DNA of 64,000 nucleotides from Octopus vulgaris (Eukaryota): NCBI GenBank assembly GCA_951406725.2, contig OX597818.1, positions 143,220,001 to 143,284,000 of the forward strand, read 5' to 3'. Shown piece by piece: positions 25,981 to 40,381 of this stretch (position 1 is its first letter; each line of letters starts with the position of its first letter). The notes under the pieces were generated by a model. It saw only the letters and a program-made list of their open reading frames with translations, ran no database searches and was not told where the DNA came from. The position numbers and the translations under genes were made by a program.

Positions 25981-26226
25981 CTAGGCCAGATATACTTGAC
26001 AGAAAGAATAGTATAATTTTTCTTGAGCACAACAGCCGTTGTAGACATCAATATCTTCCATTGCTCGTGCACACAAATAGCACAGACGGTACACGTCTTC
26101 GTCCGTTTGGCAAAATTGCGGTCGGGGTATTTTGAATTCAATCTTGCGGTTGTGAGGGAGACCTTCAGCCAAATTACACACCAGGACCATTGTTATGGCA
26201 GCAAACAATACCAATGTAGATCGCAT
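25981..26226 (-). CDS. Secreted six-cysteine neuropeptide/hormone precursor, sodium-influx-stimulating (SIS) peptide-like
   Basis: Signal peptide MRSTLVLFAAITMVLVCNLAEG, then LPHN-RK, then a 53-aa mature region with C-x9-CYLCA...ED..VY..CC..E-x6-C. Splice acceptor TTTTCTTTCTAG immediately precedes the ATG. Similarity to Lymnaea SIS is recalled, not computed. Confidence 0.88.
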   Translation of the reverse strand: MRSTLVLFAAITMVLVCNLAEGLPHNRKIEFKIPRPQFCQTDEDVYRLCYLCARAMEDIDVYNGCCAQEKLYYSFCQVYLA

Positions 26227-26568
26227 CTAGAAAGAAAACAGATAAATAAGTACTTTGTGTTGCACTTCGAATAACTGAATCTTTATTGTCGTACGCTGAT
26301 GACAGGTCAATACCTAGAAACTGCAGTCCGTGCGTATCACTTAGGTTGACGAGGGAAGGATGACCTCCCTTTGCAAATGCCGATAGGGCACAGAAAGTGT
26401 GTCAATAGCCAGCTGGAGACGATGTTCTCCTGGGGCTGCAAGCTACAGTAACATTCACCCTTAGTGGTTAGCCATATTGAGATGGCAAATATACCTCACA
26501 TAACTATATATTATTATTTTTTTTATTCAGTGTAATGACACTCTCTCCACCTCTCTCCTTCTTTATCG

Positions 26569-26606
<38 letters not shown>

Positions 26607-27100
26607 GATACAGACACACACACGCACATACATACACACAGACACACACTCATACACACGCGCGCGCAATGAAAGACGTGTACAACAGCTGAATGAAGAA
26701 ATAAAAGAAAAAAGCAAAGCAAGAAGAGAACCGATATGGAAAGCTCCATTTCATCAACCCAAGAGTCATTATAATTTTGAGGATGGAAAAAGTTGGGATC
26801 GCTCGTCTGGAATGTTCCATGATAAACAACAAAACGAAACAAAGTGAGGTCTTCCAACTGAAAACACAGACCGGAGACGTAATACTGACGCGAAAAACAC
26901 GGACAAAGAGGTACAGTGTATCGACAAAGAGGTTGTCTTTCCACCAGGGAAATTAGAAAAAGACTTTAGTTAAAATACAACCTGAACAGTGAGAAATATT
27001 AAATGTGTGCGGCCAGTAAGATGTTCACGACACAAAAGAGCGATAAAAAGGAGGGACAGAAGTATATATACATACAGAGGAGCGCGCACGCACTACCCAC

Positions 27101-27145
<45 letters not shown>

Positions 27146-27168
27146 GGGTATATATATATATATATATA

Positions 27169-27453
27169 CACATACATACATACATACATACATACATACA
27201 TTCGTACATACGTACATACATACATACATAATACATACATACATACATACATACATACATACATACATACATACATACATACATACATACATACATACAT
27301 TCGTACATACGTACATACATACATACATACATACATACATACATACATACATACATTCGTACATACGTACATACATACATACATACATACATACATACAT
27401 ACATACATACATACATACATACATACATACATACATACATACATACATACATA
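27169..27453 (+). repeat. (TACA)n microsatellite
   Basis: Direct reading. Confidence 0.95.
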
Positions 27454-27756
27454 CTTATGCTGTCTTAAATAACTTCTAGGTTTTCGCAGTACTACCTGCC
27501 TTGGCATTCATGATGGTATTGTTGTTATCAATATCAACCATGAACGCACAAGCGAAACTCCACACAGTCTAAGACATACTTTGTAATCTGTTTTGAATCA
27601 GGCCAATAGGTATTTCTCTCTTACAGAAGAAATAAGCCAGTTTCTGAAACTAGGCTGGTGGGGGGGGGAGTCGATATAATTGTAGTAGAAAAAGTTTCAA
27701 ATAGCATTTTTAAACGGTTTCCTACGCCTGCACACCTGATGTTGATGGCACTCTTT

Positions 27757-29580
27757 TATGTATGTATGTATGTATGTATGTATGTATGTATGTGTGTATG
27801 TAGGTATGTATGTGTGTATGTATGTATGTATGTATGTATGTATGTATGTATGTATGTATGTGTGTGTATGTATGTATGTATGTATGTATGTATGTATGCA
27901 TGTATGTATGTATGTATGTATGTATGTATGTATGTGTGTATGTATGTATGTATGTGTGTGTGTGTATGTATGTATGTATGTATGTATGTATGTATGTATG
28001 TATGTATGTATGTATGTATGTATGTATGTATGTGTGTATGTATGTATGTATGTATGTGTGTATGTATGTATGTATGTATGTATGTGTGTATGTATGTATG
28101 TATGTATGTATGTATGTATGTATGTATGTATGTATGTATGTATGTATGTATGTATGTATGTATGTATGTATGTATGTATGTATGTATGTATGTATGTATG
28201 TATGTATGTATGTATGTATGTATGTATGTATGTATGTGTGTATGTATGTATGTATGTATGTATGTATGTATGTATGTATGTATGTATGTATGTATGTATG
28301 TATGTATGTATGTATGTATGTATGTATGTATGTATGTATGTATGTATGTATGTATGTATGTATGTATGTATGTATGTATGTGTGTATGTATGTATGTATG
28401 TATGTATGTATGTATGTATGTATGTATGTATGTATGTATGTATGTATGTGTGTGTATGTATGTATGTATGTATGTATGTATGTATGTGTGTATGTATGTA
28501 TGTATGTATGTATGTATGTATGTATGTATGTATGTATGTATGTATGTATGTGTGTATGTATGTATGTATGTATGTATGTATGTATGTATGTATGTATGTA
28601 TGTATGTTATGTATGTATGTATGTATGTATGTATGTATGTATGTATGTATGTATGTATGTATGTATGCTATGATGTATGTATGTGTGTATGTATGTATGT
28701 ATGTATGTATGTATGTATGTATGTATGTATGTATGTATGTATGTATGTATGTATGTATGTATGTATGTATGTATGTATGTATGTATGTATGTATGTATGT
28801 ATGTATGTATGTATGTATGTATGTATGTATGTATGTATGTATGTATGTATGTATGTATGTATGTATGTATGTATGTATGTATGTATGTATGTATGTATGT
28901 ATGTATGTATGTATGTATGTATGTATGTATGTATGTATGTATGTATGTATGTATGTATGTATGTATGTATGTATGTATGTATGTATGTATGTATGTATGT
29001 ATGTATGTATGTATGTATGTATGTATGTATGTATGTATGTATGTATGTATGTATGTATGTATGTATGTATGTATGTATGTATGTATGTATGTATGTATGT
29101 ATGTATGTATGTATGTATGTATGTATGTATGTATGTATGTATGTATGTATGTATGTATGTATGTATGTATGTATGTATGTATGTATGTATGTATGTATGT
29201 ATGTATGTATGTATGTATGTATGTATGTATGTATGTATGTATGTATGTATGTATGTATGTATGTATGTATGTATGTATGTATGTATGTATGTATGTATGT
29301 ATGTATGTATGTATGTATGTATGTATGTATGTATGTATGTATGTATGTATGTATGTATGTATGTATGTATGTATGTATGTATGTATGTATGTATGTATGT
29401 ATGCATGTATGTATGTATGCATGTACGTATGTGTGTATGTATGTATGTGTGTATGTATGTATGTATGTATGTATGTATGTATGTTTGTATGCATGTATGT
29501 ATGTGTGTATGTATGTATGTATGTATGTATGTATGTATGTGTGTATGTATGTATGTATGTGTGTATGTATGTATGTATGT
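27757..29580 (+). repeat. ~1.8-kb (TATG)n microsatellite
   Basis: Direct reading; source of the long MYVC/HTYI ORFs. Confidence 0.97.
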
Positions 29581-29612
29581 ACATATATATATATGTATAT
29601 AAATATACATAC

Positions 29613-30538
29613 ATACAAAGGTATCCGACTTTATTTTTTCCCGCCAAAACTAATGTCACATGGACAAAATCCTAATAGGTGGTGACGTCATCGTTTCTAT
29701 GCATGCATAAAAACTTTCAGGCTGGTAGGTTGCATCAGTTCCCGGCTGATACGCCTCGAGTACAGACGTGTACTACGCGCTCATCGGATTTTCGTTTTCA
29801 CTCAAGATGACCGAACGCATCAAGCAGAAATGTTGTATCAGGTTTTGCCAAAGTTTGGCGATACTCAAGCTCAGACAACCCAGAAGATTCAGCAGGCTTT
29901 TGGCGATGATGCCATGAGTAAAACTAAGATCAGGGAGTGGTTCATCCGCTTCAAACATGGTCGCAACTCTGTGGAGAGCGAAGCACGCTCAAGCAGGCCT
30001 TCTACAAACCGAAACAAGGAGCCGATTGAGAAGGCTCGGCGCGAATAGACATGAAAGATCGTCGTGTAACAATCCAGGGAATTGCTCACGAAGTAGGAAT
30101 AAGCTCAAGATCAGTGCAGTTTATCGGAGGATTTGTGCATGTGGAGAGTGTTGGCGAAAAAACAAAGCCGGATACTTTTGAACGCATCTTATAATCCAAG
30201 ATTTCCTGATCGAGAACAACATACCAATTGTTCGGTAGGCTCCTTACTATCCCGACTCGACACGTGTGACTTCTGGCTCTTCTCTGAACTGAAGACCATG
30301 ATGAAAGGAAAGCGATTTGAGTCGTGAGAGGAAATTATGAGAAATGGGACGGCAGAGCTCCACAACATCCTTGAGAAGGCGTTCCAGGGGTGTCACCAGC
30401 TGCGGCCAGAATGGCCGGGAGAAGTGTGCGAAGTACCAAGGGGGGTATTTTGAAGGTGATTAAATGAAATTTGTGAAATATACAAAATTGTTCTTCTTTT
30501 ATCTCCAAAGGTCGGGTACTTTTTGAACGCACCTCGTA
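29613..30538 (+). mobile_element. Internally deleted mariner element (copy B)
   Basis: 5' transposase, C-terminal piece CDFWLFSELKTMMKGKRFES, right TIR ...TACTTTTTGAACGCACCTCGTA, partial left TIR, and a TIR-like copy at ~30168-30193. Confidence 0.85.
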
Positions 30539-31215
30539 TAACATCGTACTTCGAAGGCTTTGCAATCCAAGCTTGCACTTCAGACTGGTTCTCATACAAT
30601 ATTCTAAGTGACTAAAAAAGTCAATTCCAGCTGAATTTGTACGAGAACGCAGGAGATGGCCAAAATGCCTGAATGGACGGACAGGCAGTTGGTGATCTGA
30701 TAAGTTACCTGGCTATACACACACGCACGCGTGCAGACACACACACACACACACACAAGTGTATATGTATATATACATTTAAACGTAAGTGAATATATAT
30801 ATATATAAATGTAAAAATAGATAAATAAATAAATAAATTTAAAAAAAATAATAATAAGGATTATTACGAAGTAGCATTAGCATTACATTTCCTTTTCATA
30901 TTTATACAGCCTCAAATAGACCTACAAATATACATAGATGAATAGATAGATAGATTTGTGTGGGTGTATATGTGTATACAAACATATATATATGTGTATA
31001 TGTATGCCTATATATACATACGTACATACATACATGCATACATACACGTATAAATACATACATATTATACATGTACATACGTGCATTGCTATAGCAACCT
31101 ATCATCGGTTATTCGAATCGGTTGTGAAAATATCTCTTAATTATGCGCAACTTTTTCATATCGATACAATCCTTCCGTCTGTTATTGTTTTTTCTGTTTT
31201 TATTTTTTACCAACG

Positions 31216-31292
<77 letters not shown>

Positions 31293-31328
31293 ACACACAC
31301 AGACAGACACACACACACAGACACACAC

Positions 31329-31361
<33 letters not shown>

Positions 31362-31980
31362 CACACACAAGTGGGGAGGAGTAGAATGAGAAAAAGAAAG
31401 TGAGAGAGGGGAAGATTGAAAGAAAGTAAGAACGGTGAGAATTAGCAAAATAATAAAAGAAATCTTTTGGTATTTTGAGCTCCCTTTCATGAAGGAAATA
31501 TTCTTATCTATGAATCAATTAATTCTACTGATCACATTAATTGTAATTGTACTAATAATCAGCTATTATTTCCATTGATAGTCCTTACCATGGTCAAATA
31601 TGGAATGTCTGGAAAAAAAATACTGCTAATTTGGTTAAAACGTGTGGGAATTTGGAAAGAGTGAAATGGTGTTAATGTTTGGAAAAGCGATAATTAAAGA
31701 CAAAAAGGAGAAAAAAAGACCCAACAAAATAATAAAAATATTGAATTTGCTTTCCAAGCGGAGTTACCGTACTTCATATGAATATTGATACGTGCAAGTA
31801 TGTAGGGTCAATGAGTACTCGATCCGTATAGAAGGAATGAGTGGGATATCAGTACGACCACGACCCTCCCCCCTACTCTTCTCTCTTCTACCCCCGCTAA
31901 ACCCACAGCAAAACTAGAATCAGGATAAATTAAGATTGAAGTCAAATAAGGTCAACCACCTCACACTCACGAACACGCAC

Positions 31981-32022
<42 letters not shown>

Positions 32023-33412
32023 TACGCTTATATACAAACTGCAAACACAAACCATAAATATACAAAAACCACAAACACACACACATACAAACCACAAGCA
32101 CACGCACAACCTGCAAAGATACACACACACACACACAGACCATAGACAGCCCGCACAGTCACACACATACACACATACGCAATCGTTGCGCACGTGGAAA
32201 AATCATATGCGCACACCACAAAACATACATGCAAGCCAAAACAACGCACACAAACCATAAATAAAAAATACAACCTAAACACAAGGAAAGCAAAAATCCA
32301 CACATATTAATATCATAGACAACCCATACAAAATAAGATCATTTGAAGCATTGGAAATCATTGAAAATGTCACAGAAGTGTGATGAAAATTTACGACATA
32401 TTAATAAAACCAGAACAGAAGTGAACTACAACCAGTGCCTGTGTCTGTCGGCAATATGTCCTCCCCAAAATACAACAATGTCGGTTTAAATGCGCGGTTT
32501 CGTTTAAAAATTCTTGCAAAACAAATTCAAAAGCGAAACTGCAGATGGTTTACGCTAGACTAACGTTCAATCTGTAATCACAGGAATTAAGACACCTCTT
32601 TAGTGTTCAATAAGATATTTCTAAAAAGTAATGGTTACAGAAATAAACAGGTTAACAATACTTTTACACTGCAAGGATTGGCTCAAACTATTGATATATC
32701 AATCAAATCTCTCTGCCCTCATAGAAAGGTAAGATAATAGGCGTGTCCAGTAATATGTGATTTTAAATACATTATGTCAAGAATAAAGATGGATTAGTTA
32801 CAGCTTGAAGGTTTTTGATCATAAGACTGCTCAGTCAAAGCTGACTTTCGGCTAAACAATAACACACACAACAACAACTATTAAATTGTTGTAAAGCAAC
32901 TGAACTGAAACAACAAAAAATTCAGGTTTGATCCAAGGAGAAATTGCAGGAATTGATATTGCATAAACCATTCTGTATGATAAACCTTACACACTAATGT
33001 GAGTCTTATGAGAGAGCCTCTACATAGTCGCTTGAAGTATTAGAAATAGTAGCTAAATCACTATCGAATCGTCTCTTAACGTCTTACCAAAAATTGAAGG
33101 AAGCATCGGAAAATGTAGCCATAAATGCACAAGCAATATGATGATCAAGAGTGGAATACCGTTGATCATAGGTTTGTCAGATCGGTGTCCATCGGGAGTT
33201 AAGCATCATCAATGATAATGATATTAACAACGACATGAATAACAACAACAAGGACAACCAAAGCAACAAATGCAGATAAGAAAAACAACAATGGCATCAA
33301 CGATAACAAGAACAAGATGAGCAATAATAATAAGAACGACTACCATAATTCGCTAACAACATTTAGACCAATGAAAGAACAGTTTCAGTCCGTCTTACAT
33401 GAACACTATATG

Positions 33413-33820
33413 ACTCTGTGGTTAAGGAGTTTACTTCCCATCCGTGTTGTCTTGGGTTTTCAGTCCCACTGCGTGGAACCTTGGACCAGGTATCTGCTAC
33501 TACATAATACACAAGCCAACCAAAGCCTTGCGAGTAGACTTGACAGACGGAAACTGAAGGAAGACCGTTGAGTGAGTGTGTGTGTGTGTGCAAGTATCTT
33601 TGTGTTTGTGTTATGTTTGTCCCTACCAGCACTTGGCAACTTTTGTTGGTTTGTATACCTCCCCGTTACTTAGCGGTTCGGCAAAAGTGCCCGACAGAAT
33701 AACAACCAGCTTTAAAAAATAGATACTCGGGTCGATTTGTTCGACCATACCCCTCAAGGTGGTGCCCCAGCATAGCTGCAATCCATTGACTGAAGTAAAT
33801 AAAAGCTAACAGATAAAGAT
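33413..33820 (+). mobile_element. Diverged SINE family A
   Basis: Recognisable head, GACGGAAACTG core and tail. Confidence 0.7.
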
Positions 33821-34563
33821 TAGCTATTTGTTCTGTTCAGTTAAGCAGAATGACAGGCGACTGATGCCCTACACAAGAATGACTGAAATAATGAGTGTTC
33901 CTTTGATTTAATCATGAGAGACATTCTTAGATCAGGTGCATGTTTCCAAATGGAATCAATCTGTCCAATCAAACCAAATCTAAAGTCCTGAATGCTGTCA
34001 CGCATGCGTGAAAGCACGTGTACTATTTTCTACGTGCATCGTTCATTTTGTATGGCTTTCTATAACTTTCCAGGGAACTATCTACGCATGTCGATTCAAC
34101 AAGCGAAGCACTCAATGTAAACACGACTTTCTAGAATTAGCAGCCAAAAATATTTAAAACATACAATCGGCCAAGGAAGACAAAATGCATAATGCGGTTT
34201 TGGAAGCACCGCATCTAGTGAGAAGACGGTATAGTTTCGGTCGGAACTGCACAGATCATAGGACTGATCTATGACAGCCTACCTGGGGCTAAAGAAAAGA
34301 AAAAAGCGAAGTGTGTGTACATTTATGTTATATTACATATTGCACATTACGATGTATATGCATTAGACATAAAAAATGACACGTACTTATGCTTACACCA
34401 ACACACACATACAAATATATACTATAGAGTTAGTGATAAGTATGCATCTTGTATATATAGATATATATATATATATTGTGCGCGTGTGTATATGTATGTA
34501 TGTATGTATGTATATATCTATCTATCTATATATGTATACACACATATGTATACATATATATAT

Positions 34564-34652
<89 letters not shown>

Positions 34653-34742
34653 GGGAGAGTTTACGAAAAAAACAAAAGACGAAGACAGGTGGTGTACAAA
34701 ACAGACAGATGTATTTGTATAACGCTCAGGAATAGAAAAAGT

Positions 34743-34832
34743 CTTTTACATTTCGAGCCTACGCTCTTCTACAGAAAGGGACACAGAAAAAAAACAAGGA
34801 GAGAAAAAAATGTGTGTAGTGGCTAACGATCT

Positions 34833-34872
<40 letters not shown>

Positions 34873-35118
34873 TACATACATACATGTACATATATGTGAA
34901 ACAAAATACTACTCAAATACCGGAGGTAGAGTAATATGCTCTATTATTAAAGCTGCAAAAATGTCACAAATAACTGCTACTCGGAGTTTCACGTTTCCGT
35001 TCGTCGGGTAACCCGACAAACGGGGACGTGAAAGGGGCAACAGCCAGGAGTATTAGTTTGGCGCTCGAGAAAAAGGAAATTTTTTTGACGTTTCGAGCCT
35101 ATGCTCTTCGACAGAAAG
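34743..35118 (-). ncRNA. Three variant minimal hammerhead motifs (34743-34778, 34974-35007, 35084-35118), duplicated at 35642-35677, 35867-35900 and 35977-36011
   Basis: CTGTAGA-A-GAGC-GTAG-GCTC-GAAAT-GTA; CCGACGA-ACG-GAAA-CGT-GAAAC-TCCGA-GTA; CTGTCGA-A-GAGC-ATAG-GCTC-GAAAC-GTC. Confidence 0.6.
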
Positions 35119-35133
35119 GGATGAGCGAGAAAA

Positions 35134-35178
<45 letters not shown>

Positions 35179-35432
35179 GAAAGAAAAAATGTATTGGGAG
35201 TAACGGTTCCACATGCTGTGTGCATATGTATAAAACATGCGCATATCATACCTATGTACGCACGCAGACATGCACATGTATAAATGCATATATTTATATT
35301 TATATACAGGCTGATTCAGAAGTCCCTTTAATATTTAAATGATATATAAAAATGCTAAAGGGATTTTTGAATAATCGTGTGTTTGTGTGTGTGTGTGTGT
35401 ATGTGTGTGTATGTGAATGTGTGTTTATGTAT

Positions 35433-35463
<31 letters not shown>

Positions 35464-35497
35464 CATCCACCTTGTTTCACATTTATGTGTTTACTCC

Positions 35498-35551
<54 letters not shown>

Positions 35552-35730
35552 GGGAGAGTTTACGAAAAAAACAAAAGACGAAGACAGGTGGTGTACAAAA
35601 CAGACAGATGTATTTGTATAACGCTCAGGAATAGAAAAAGTCTTTTACATTTCGAGCCTACGCTCTTCTACAGAAAGGGACACAGAAAAAACAAGGAGAG
35701 AAAAATGTGTGTAGTGGCTAACGATCTATC

Positions 35731-35765
<35 letters not shown>

Positions 35766-36026
35766 TACATACATACATGTACATATATGTGAAACAAAAT
35801 ACTACTCAAATACCGGAGGTAGAGTAATATGCTCTATTATTAAAGCTGCAAAAATGTCACAAATAACTGCTACTCGGAGTTTCACGTTTCCGTTCGTCGG
35901 GTAACCCGACAAACGGGGACGTGAAAGGGGCAACAGCCAGGAGTATTAGTTTGGCGCTCGAGAAAAAGGAAATTTTTTTGACGTTTCGAGCCTATGCTCT
36001 TCGACAGAAAGGGATGAGCGAGAAAA

Positions 36027-36071
<45 letters not shown>

Positions 36072-36388
36072 GAAAGAAAAAATGTATTGGGAGTAACGGT
36101 TCCACATGCTGTGTGCATATGTATAAAACATGCGCATATCATACCTATGTACGCACGCAGACATGCACATGTATAAATGCATATATTTATATTTATATAC
36201 AGGCTGATTCAGAAGTCCCTTTAATATTTAAATGATATATAAAAATGCTAAAGGGATTTTTGAATAATCGTGTGTTTGTGTGTGTGTGTGTGTATGTGTG
36301 TGTATGTGAATGTGTGTTTATGTATATACATGTATATATATATATATATATATACATCCACCTTGTTTCACATTTATGTGTTTACTCC

Positions 36389-36746
<358 letters not shown>

Positions 36747-36793
36747 GAAGGTAGTATAGGTAGAAGGCATTGACCAAGCAAGAGATTACTCAC

Positions 36794-36913
36794 GGTTCAG
36801 TTGAGTTTACTGAGTCTGGGAACTGGAGATCAACGAAGTACAACTGTGTTTGATGTGTTGTGGGTTCGATCGAGTATGAAGATAGCAATGCATTGTTCTT
36901 GCCTATTTAAATA
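36794..36913 (-). promoter_or_regulatory. Candidate core promoter and non-coding first exon, probably of the SIS-like gene
   Basis: Minus strand: TATTTAAATAG (36913-36903), Inr-like TCATACT (36879-36873), then an ~85-nt ATG-free exon and a consensus donor ACC|GTGAGT (36794|36793), in non-repeat DNA. Confidence 0.45.
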
Positions 36914-37209
36914 GCTGATCGATCGAGTAGGCGTGGTAAGTAGTCACAGCCTCATTCAATGTTTTTTTGGCCCACACAGGAACGGAGAAAGAGGAGAGAG
37001 AGAGAGAAAGAGAAAGGTGGTGAGAGAGAGTGGTGGGGAGAGAGAAAGAGTTAAATTGGTGGGTGTCGAGAAATCATTTGGAAAATTTATAGATTAATAA
37101 GATAAGTAGCATCAACAACAACAACACCATTAATAATTACATCACCACCAACAAGTACAACATCACCGTCGTCGTCACCATCATCGATATTACTACCATC
37201 ATAATCCGC

Positions 37210-37680
37210 ACCACCACCACCACCACCACCACCACCCACCACCACCACCACCACCACCACCACCACCACCACCACCACCACCACCACCACCACCACCACC
37301 ACCACCACCAACACCAACACCACCACCACCACCACCACCACCACCACCACCACCACCACCACCACCACCACCACCACCACCACCACCACCACCACCACCA
37401 CCACAACAACAACAACACCACCACCACCACCACCACCACCACCACCAACAACAACAACACCACCACCACCACCACCACCACCACCACCACCACCACCACC
37501 ACCACCACCACCACCACCCACCACCACCACCACCACCACCACCACCAACACCACCACCACCACCACCACCACCACCACCACCACCACCACCACCACCACC
37601 ACCACCACCACCACCACCACCACCACCACCACCACCACCACCACCACCACCAACAACAACAACAACGACGACGACGACAA
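37210..37680 (+). repeat. (CAC)n/(CAA)n trinucleotide tract
   Basis: Direct reading. Confidence 0.95.
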
Positions 37681-37907
37681 CTGAAAAACAATGACAAGAA
37701 CAAAAACAAGTGTAGTGACACCACCATCGGCGGCAGTAGTGACAACAACAACATCACACGTAGCAGCCTCTGCAACCTCTGCAGCTTCAGCAGCCTCAGC
37801 AGCATCGTTCCCGCCACCAGTAACAACGTCAACAACAAGTGCAGCAAAACCACAACCAACAAGTGCAGCGACCTCGTCATCACCACCACCAGCAACTGCA
37901 ACAAATG

Positions 37908-37955
<48 letters not shown>

Positions 37956-38863
37956 CAACAACAACAATAAAAAAACAATAACAATATTGTCAATTTTTTA
38001 TGTAACAATAACATGGGTTTTGAGGAAGATATGGTTGCAATTTCTAGCCGATCTTACGACCACATAGTGGATCCCTTGTTGCCTGAAATCGCAGAAGGGA
38101 ATCACTGCATCGTAACAATAACAACAATGATGACAGCCAGAGGTCGGAGCCTGTCTGTGAATGACCTTCTGGCGGCAATCAATCGTTTAACCTTTTCTGG
38201 ATGCAGTCTAGGATCTTGTGTGTCCAGCAACATTATTATCCTAGATGTGGAAGCAACAGTCCACAGAGGATCTCATCTGAACTTTGAAGAGTTTTTAGTT
38301 ATATCAATACAAAATGTCATAATTTTGCTTTTCTTTGCAGCAAATTTAATTCCTTATACTTTATATATTTCTTATTTGCTGACCAAGACCATCGCTGGAG
38401 TTCTACTATTTTTCTTTGATACCACAAAGTTACTCCGATATACACATTTCTAAGACTCTATAGAAGAGGATGAAGAATATTTGTAGCACTATAGGCGAAT
38501 TACAAATGCATAAGTTGAAGAGACACGACTATGTTGAGAAAAATAAATGCTTTTTAATTTTACAAATTCATTGGCGTGTAGCTTAAATTATCCCTTTGGT
38601 CTGAAGAGATGTTTTGATTTTTTACGCATGAACTTTTGAAGTCAGTAGACGGTTTTAAATTTGAATACGGACCGATATGATGGGTTCTTCAACTCTACTT
38701 TATTGAGACGGAAGATTGTGGATCTTTTCGTATCGAAGAACGAAGAATCTTATTATAAAATAGTATAATGAAATGATCGAATATTAAATGTTCATTCTGA
38801 TTGAACTAGTATATATATATATAAAGATTTATGATTCTAATGGTCACTAATTAACTGACTTTT

Positions 38864-38906
<43 letters not shown>

Positions 38907-38911
<5 letters not shown>

Positions 38912-39173
38912 AGTTACAGAATGGAGTAGATAAGATCCGGACTACTTATGTTTTATAGCGAGTGGAACCTCAGAAATGGTAAAAATCCAAGCGAGGGGTA
39001 TACCGCCGGCTACTCTTCAGGACAACGATATCTCCTTTAATTTATCAAGATATTCTTGGTCTGAAGAGTAACCGATGGTATACTCCTCGCTTGGATTTTT
39101 ACCACTTCTGAGGTTCCGCTCGCTATGAAACATATGTAATCCGAATCTTATCTACTCCCTTCTGTAACTCTTA
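38907..39173. mobile_element. Palindrome (~115-bp arms) with a long-loop hammerhead in each arm
   Basis: + copy 39058-39141: GGT-CTGAAGA-GTAAC...GCTAT-GAAAC-ATAT-GTA-ATC. The minus arm has stem II GTAGC/GCTAT. Abuts (TA)n. Confidence 0.75.
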
Positions 39174-39842
39174 TATATGGTAATTTTAATTCAAATCCAT
39201 AGGCCAATCATAGTTTAGCGATAGATTCGTATTTATTTCTGAAAGTAATAGTATATTTCTGTCACATTGGAAATTATAAATCTGAACTCGGAATTACATA
39301 TGTGCACCACTGGATCTTAATGTCGTGTAAACAGAATGCTTTCGTTTCATATTTCGAATGTATATGCAGATATTTAACACTTTGCATGGTATTGTAGTAC
39401 TACCGTAACTATATTGCTAATAATGGAATCTATATATTGTTTTTCTAGTATTAGCGTTATTAATAATAATACGAATGATGATATTGGTAGCATTAGTGGT
39501 AATGACAATGATAATGATGCTAACATTAATGACATTTTGGAAATTGTTAAGAATTAATATAATGTACTCTTGACTCTGTATATCTGCATTTGGGTATTAA
39601 TATGTGTACGTTTTTCTACATTTTAATTATCACAATATTAAGCTGAAAAATTGTAACGTTGAATGTGGAACATATATATGTTTATTGATCTATATTATTT
39701 ATATTATTTATATCATTATGTATATGTATATTTATATGTATAGGAGTATGAGTATATGCACTCATATGTATATGTATATGTTTTATTATGGGTATGTACC
39801 CACACCTATATAAATGTGTATGTAATCTGATTTGTATCACAT

Positions 39843-39933
39843 AATCTCCGAAGAGGCCTTAGGATATTTTTGTAAATGTCTCATTTATAACTACGAGACA
39901 TACTTATATGCATGGCCGAAACAGCTGTAAGTT
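39843..39933 (+). ncRNA. Type-I hammerhead motif (CCGAAGA core variant)
   Basis: CCGAAGA-GGCC...GGCC-GAAAC-AGCT-GTA; loop 2 holds an ATGTCTC/GAGACAT hairpin. Confidence 0.65.
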
Positions 39934-40170
39934 GTAGTCTATATCTATACTTATATTTACTTATTTTTATATTATCTTATACATATTGTACTTACTGTAT
40001 CACATTACTCCTTTATGTACACTCCTTTATGTACACTATTTTGTTCTACTTTATTATGTTTGTCCTTACAGTTTCTTATGTGGTGGTTTAATAAAGTATG
40101 TGATTGGGTATTATCTGGTAATCGATATTTGATTTAGATGTATTTCTCCATTTTCTTATTTTGTATATAT

Positions 40171-40381
<211 letters not shown>

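Noticed and set aside
27658-29685. ORFs of 300-675 aa (MYVC/HTYI repeats)
   Set aside because: Translations of a stop-free (TATG)n microsatellite; the same applies to the YI, CV and HT repeat ORFs throughout.
29683-29690. Perfect CRE (TGACGTCA) near the peptide gene
   Set aside because: A single 8-mer inside a mariner leader; expected about once per window by chance.
37087-37981. Poly-V/G/W and mucin-like Thr/Ala/Ser ORFs
   Set aside because: Arise from (CAC)n and decayed trinucleotide repeats; no splice or domain support.
38013-38453. 146-aa hydrophobic ORF
   Set aside because: No recognisable domain or coherent exon structure.
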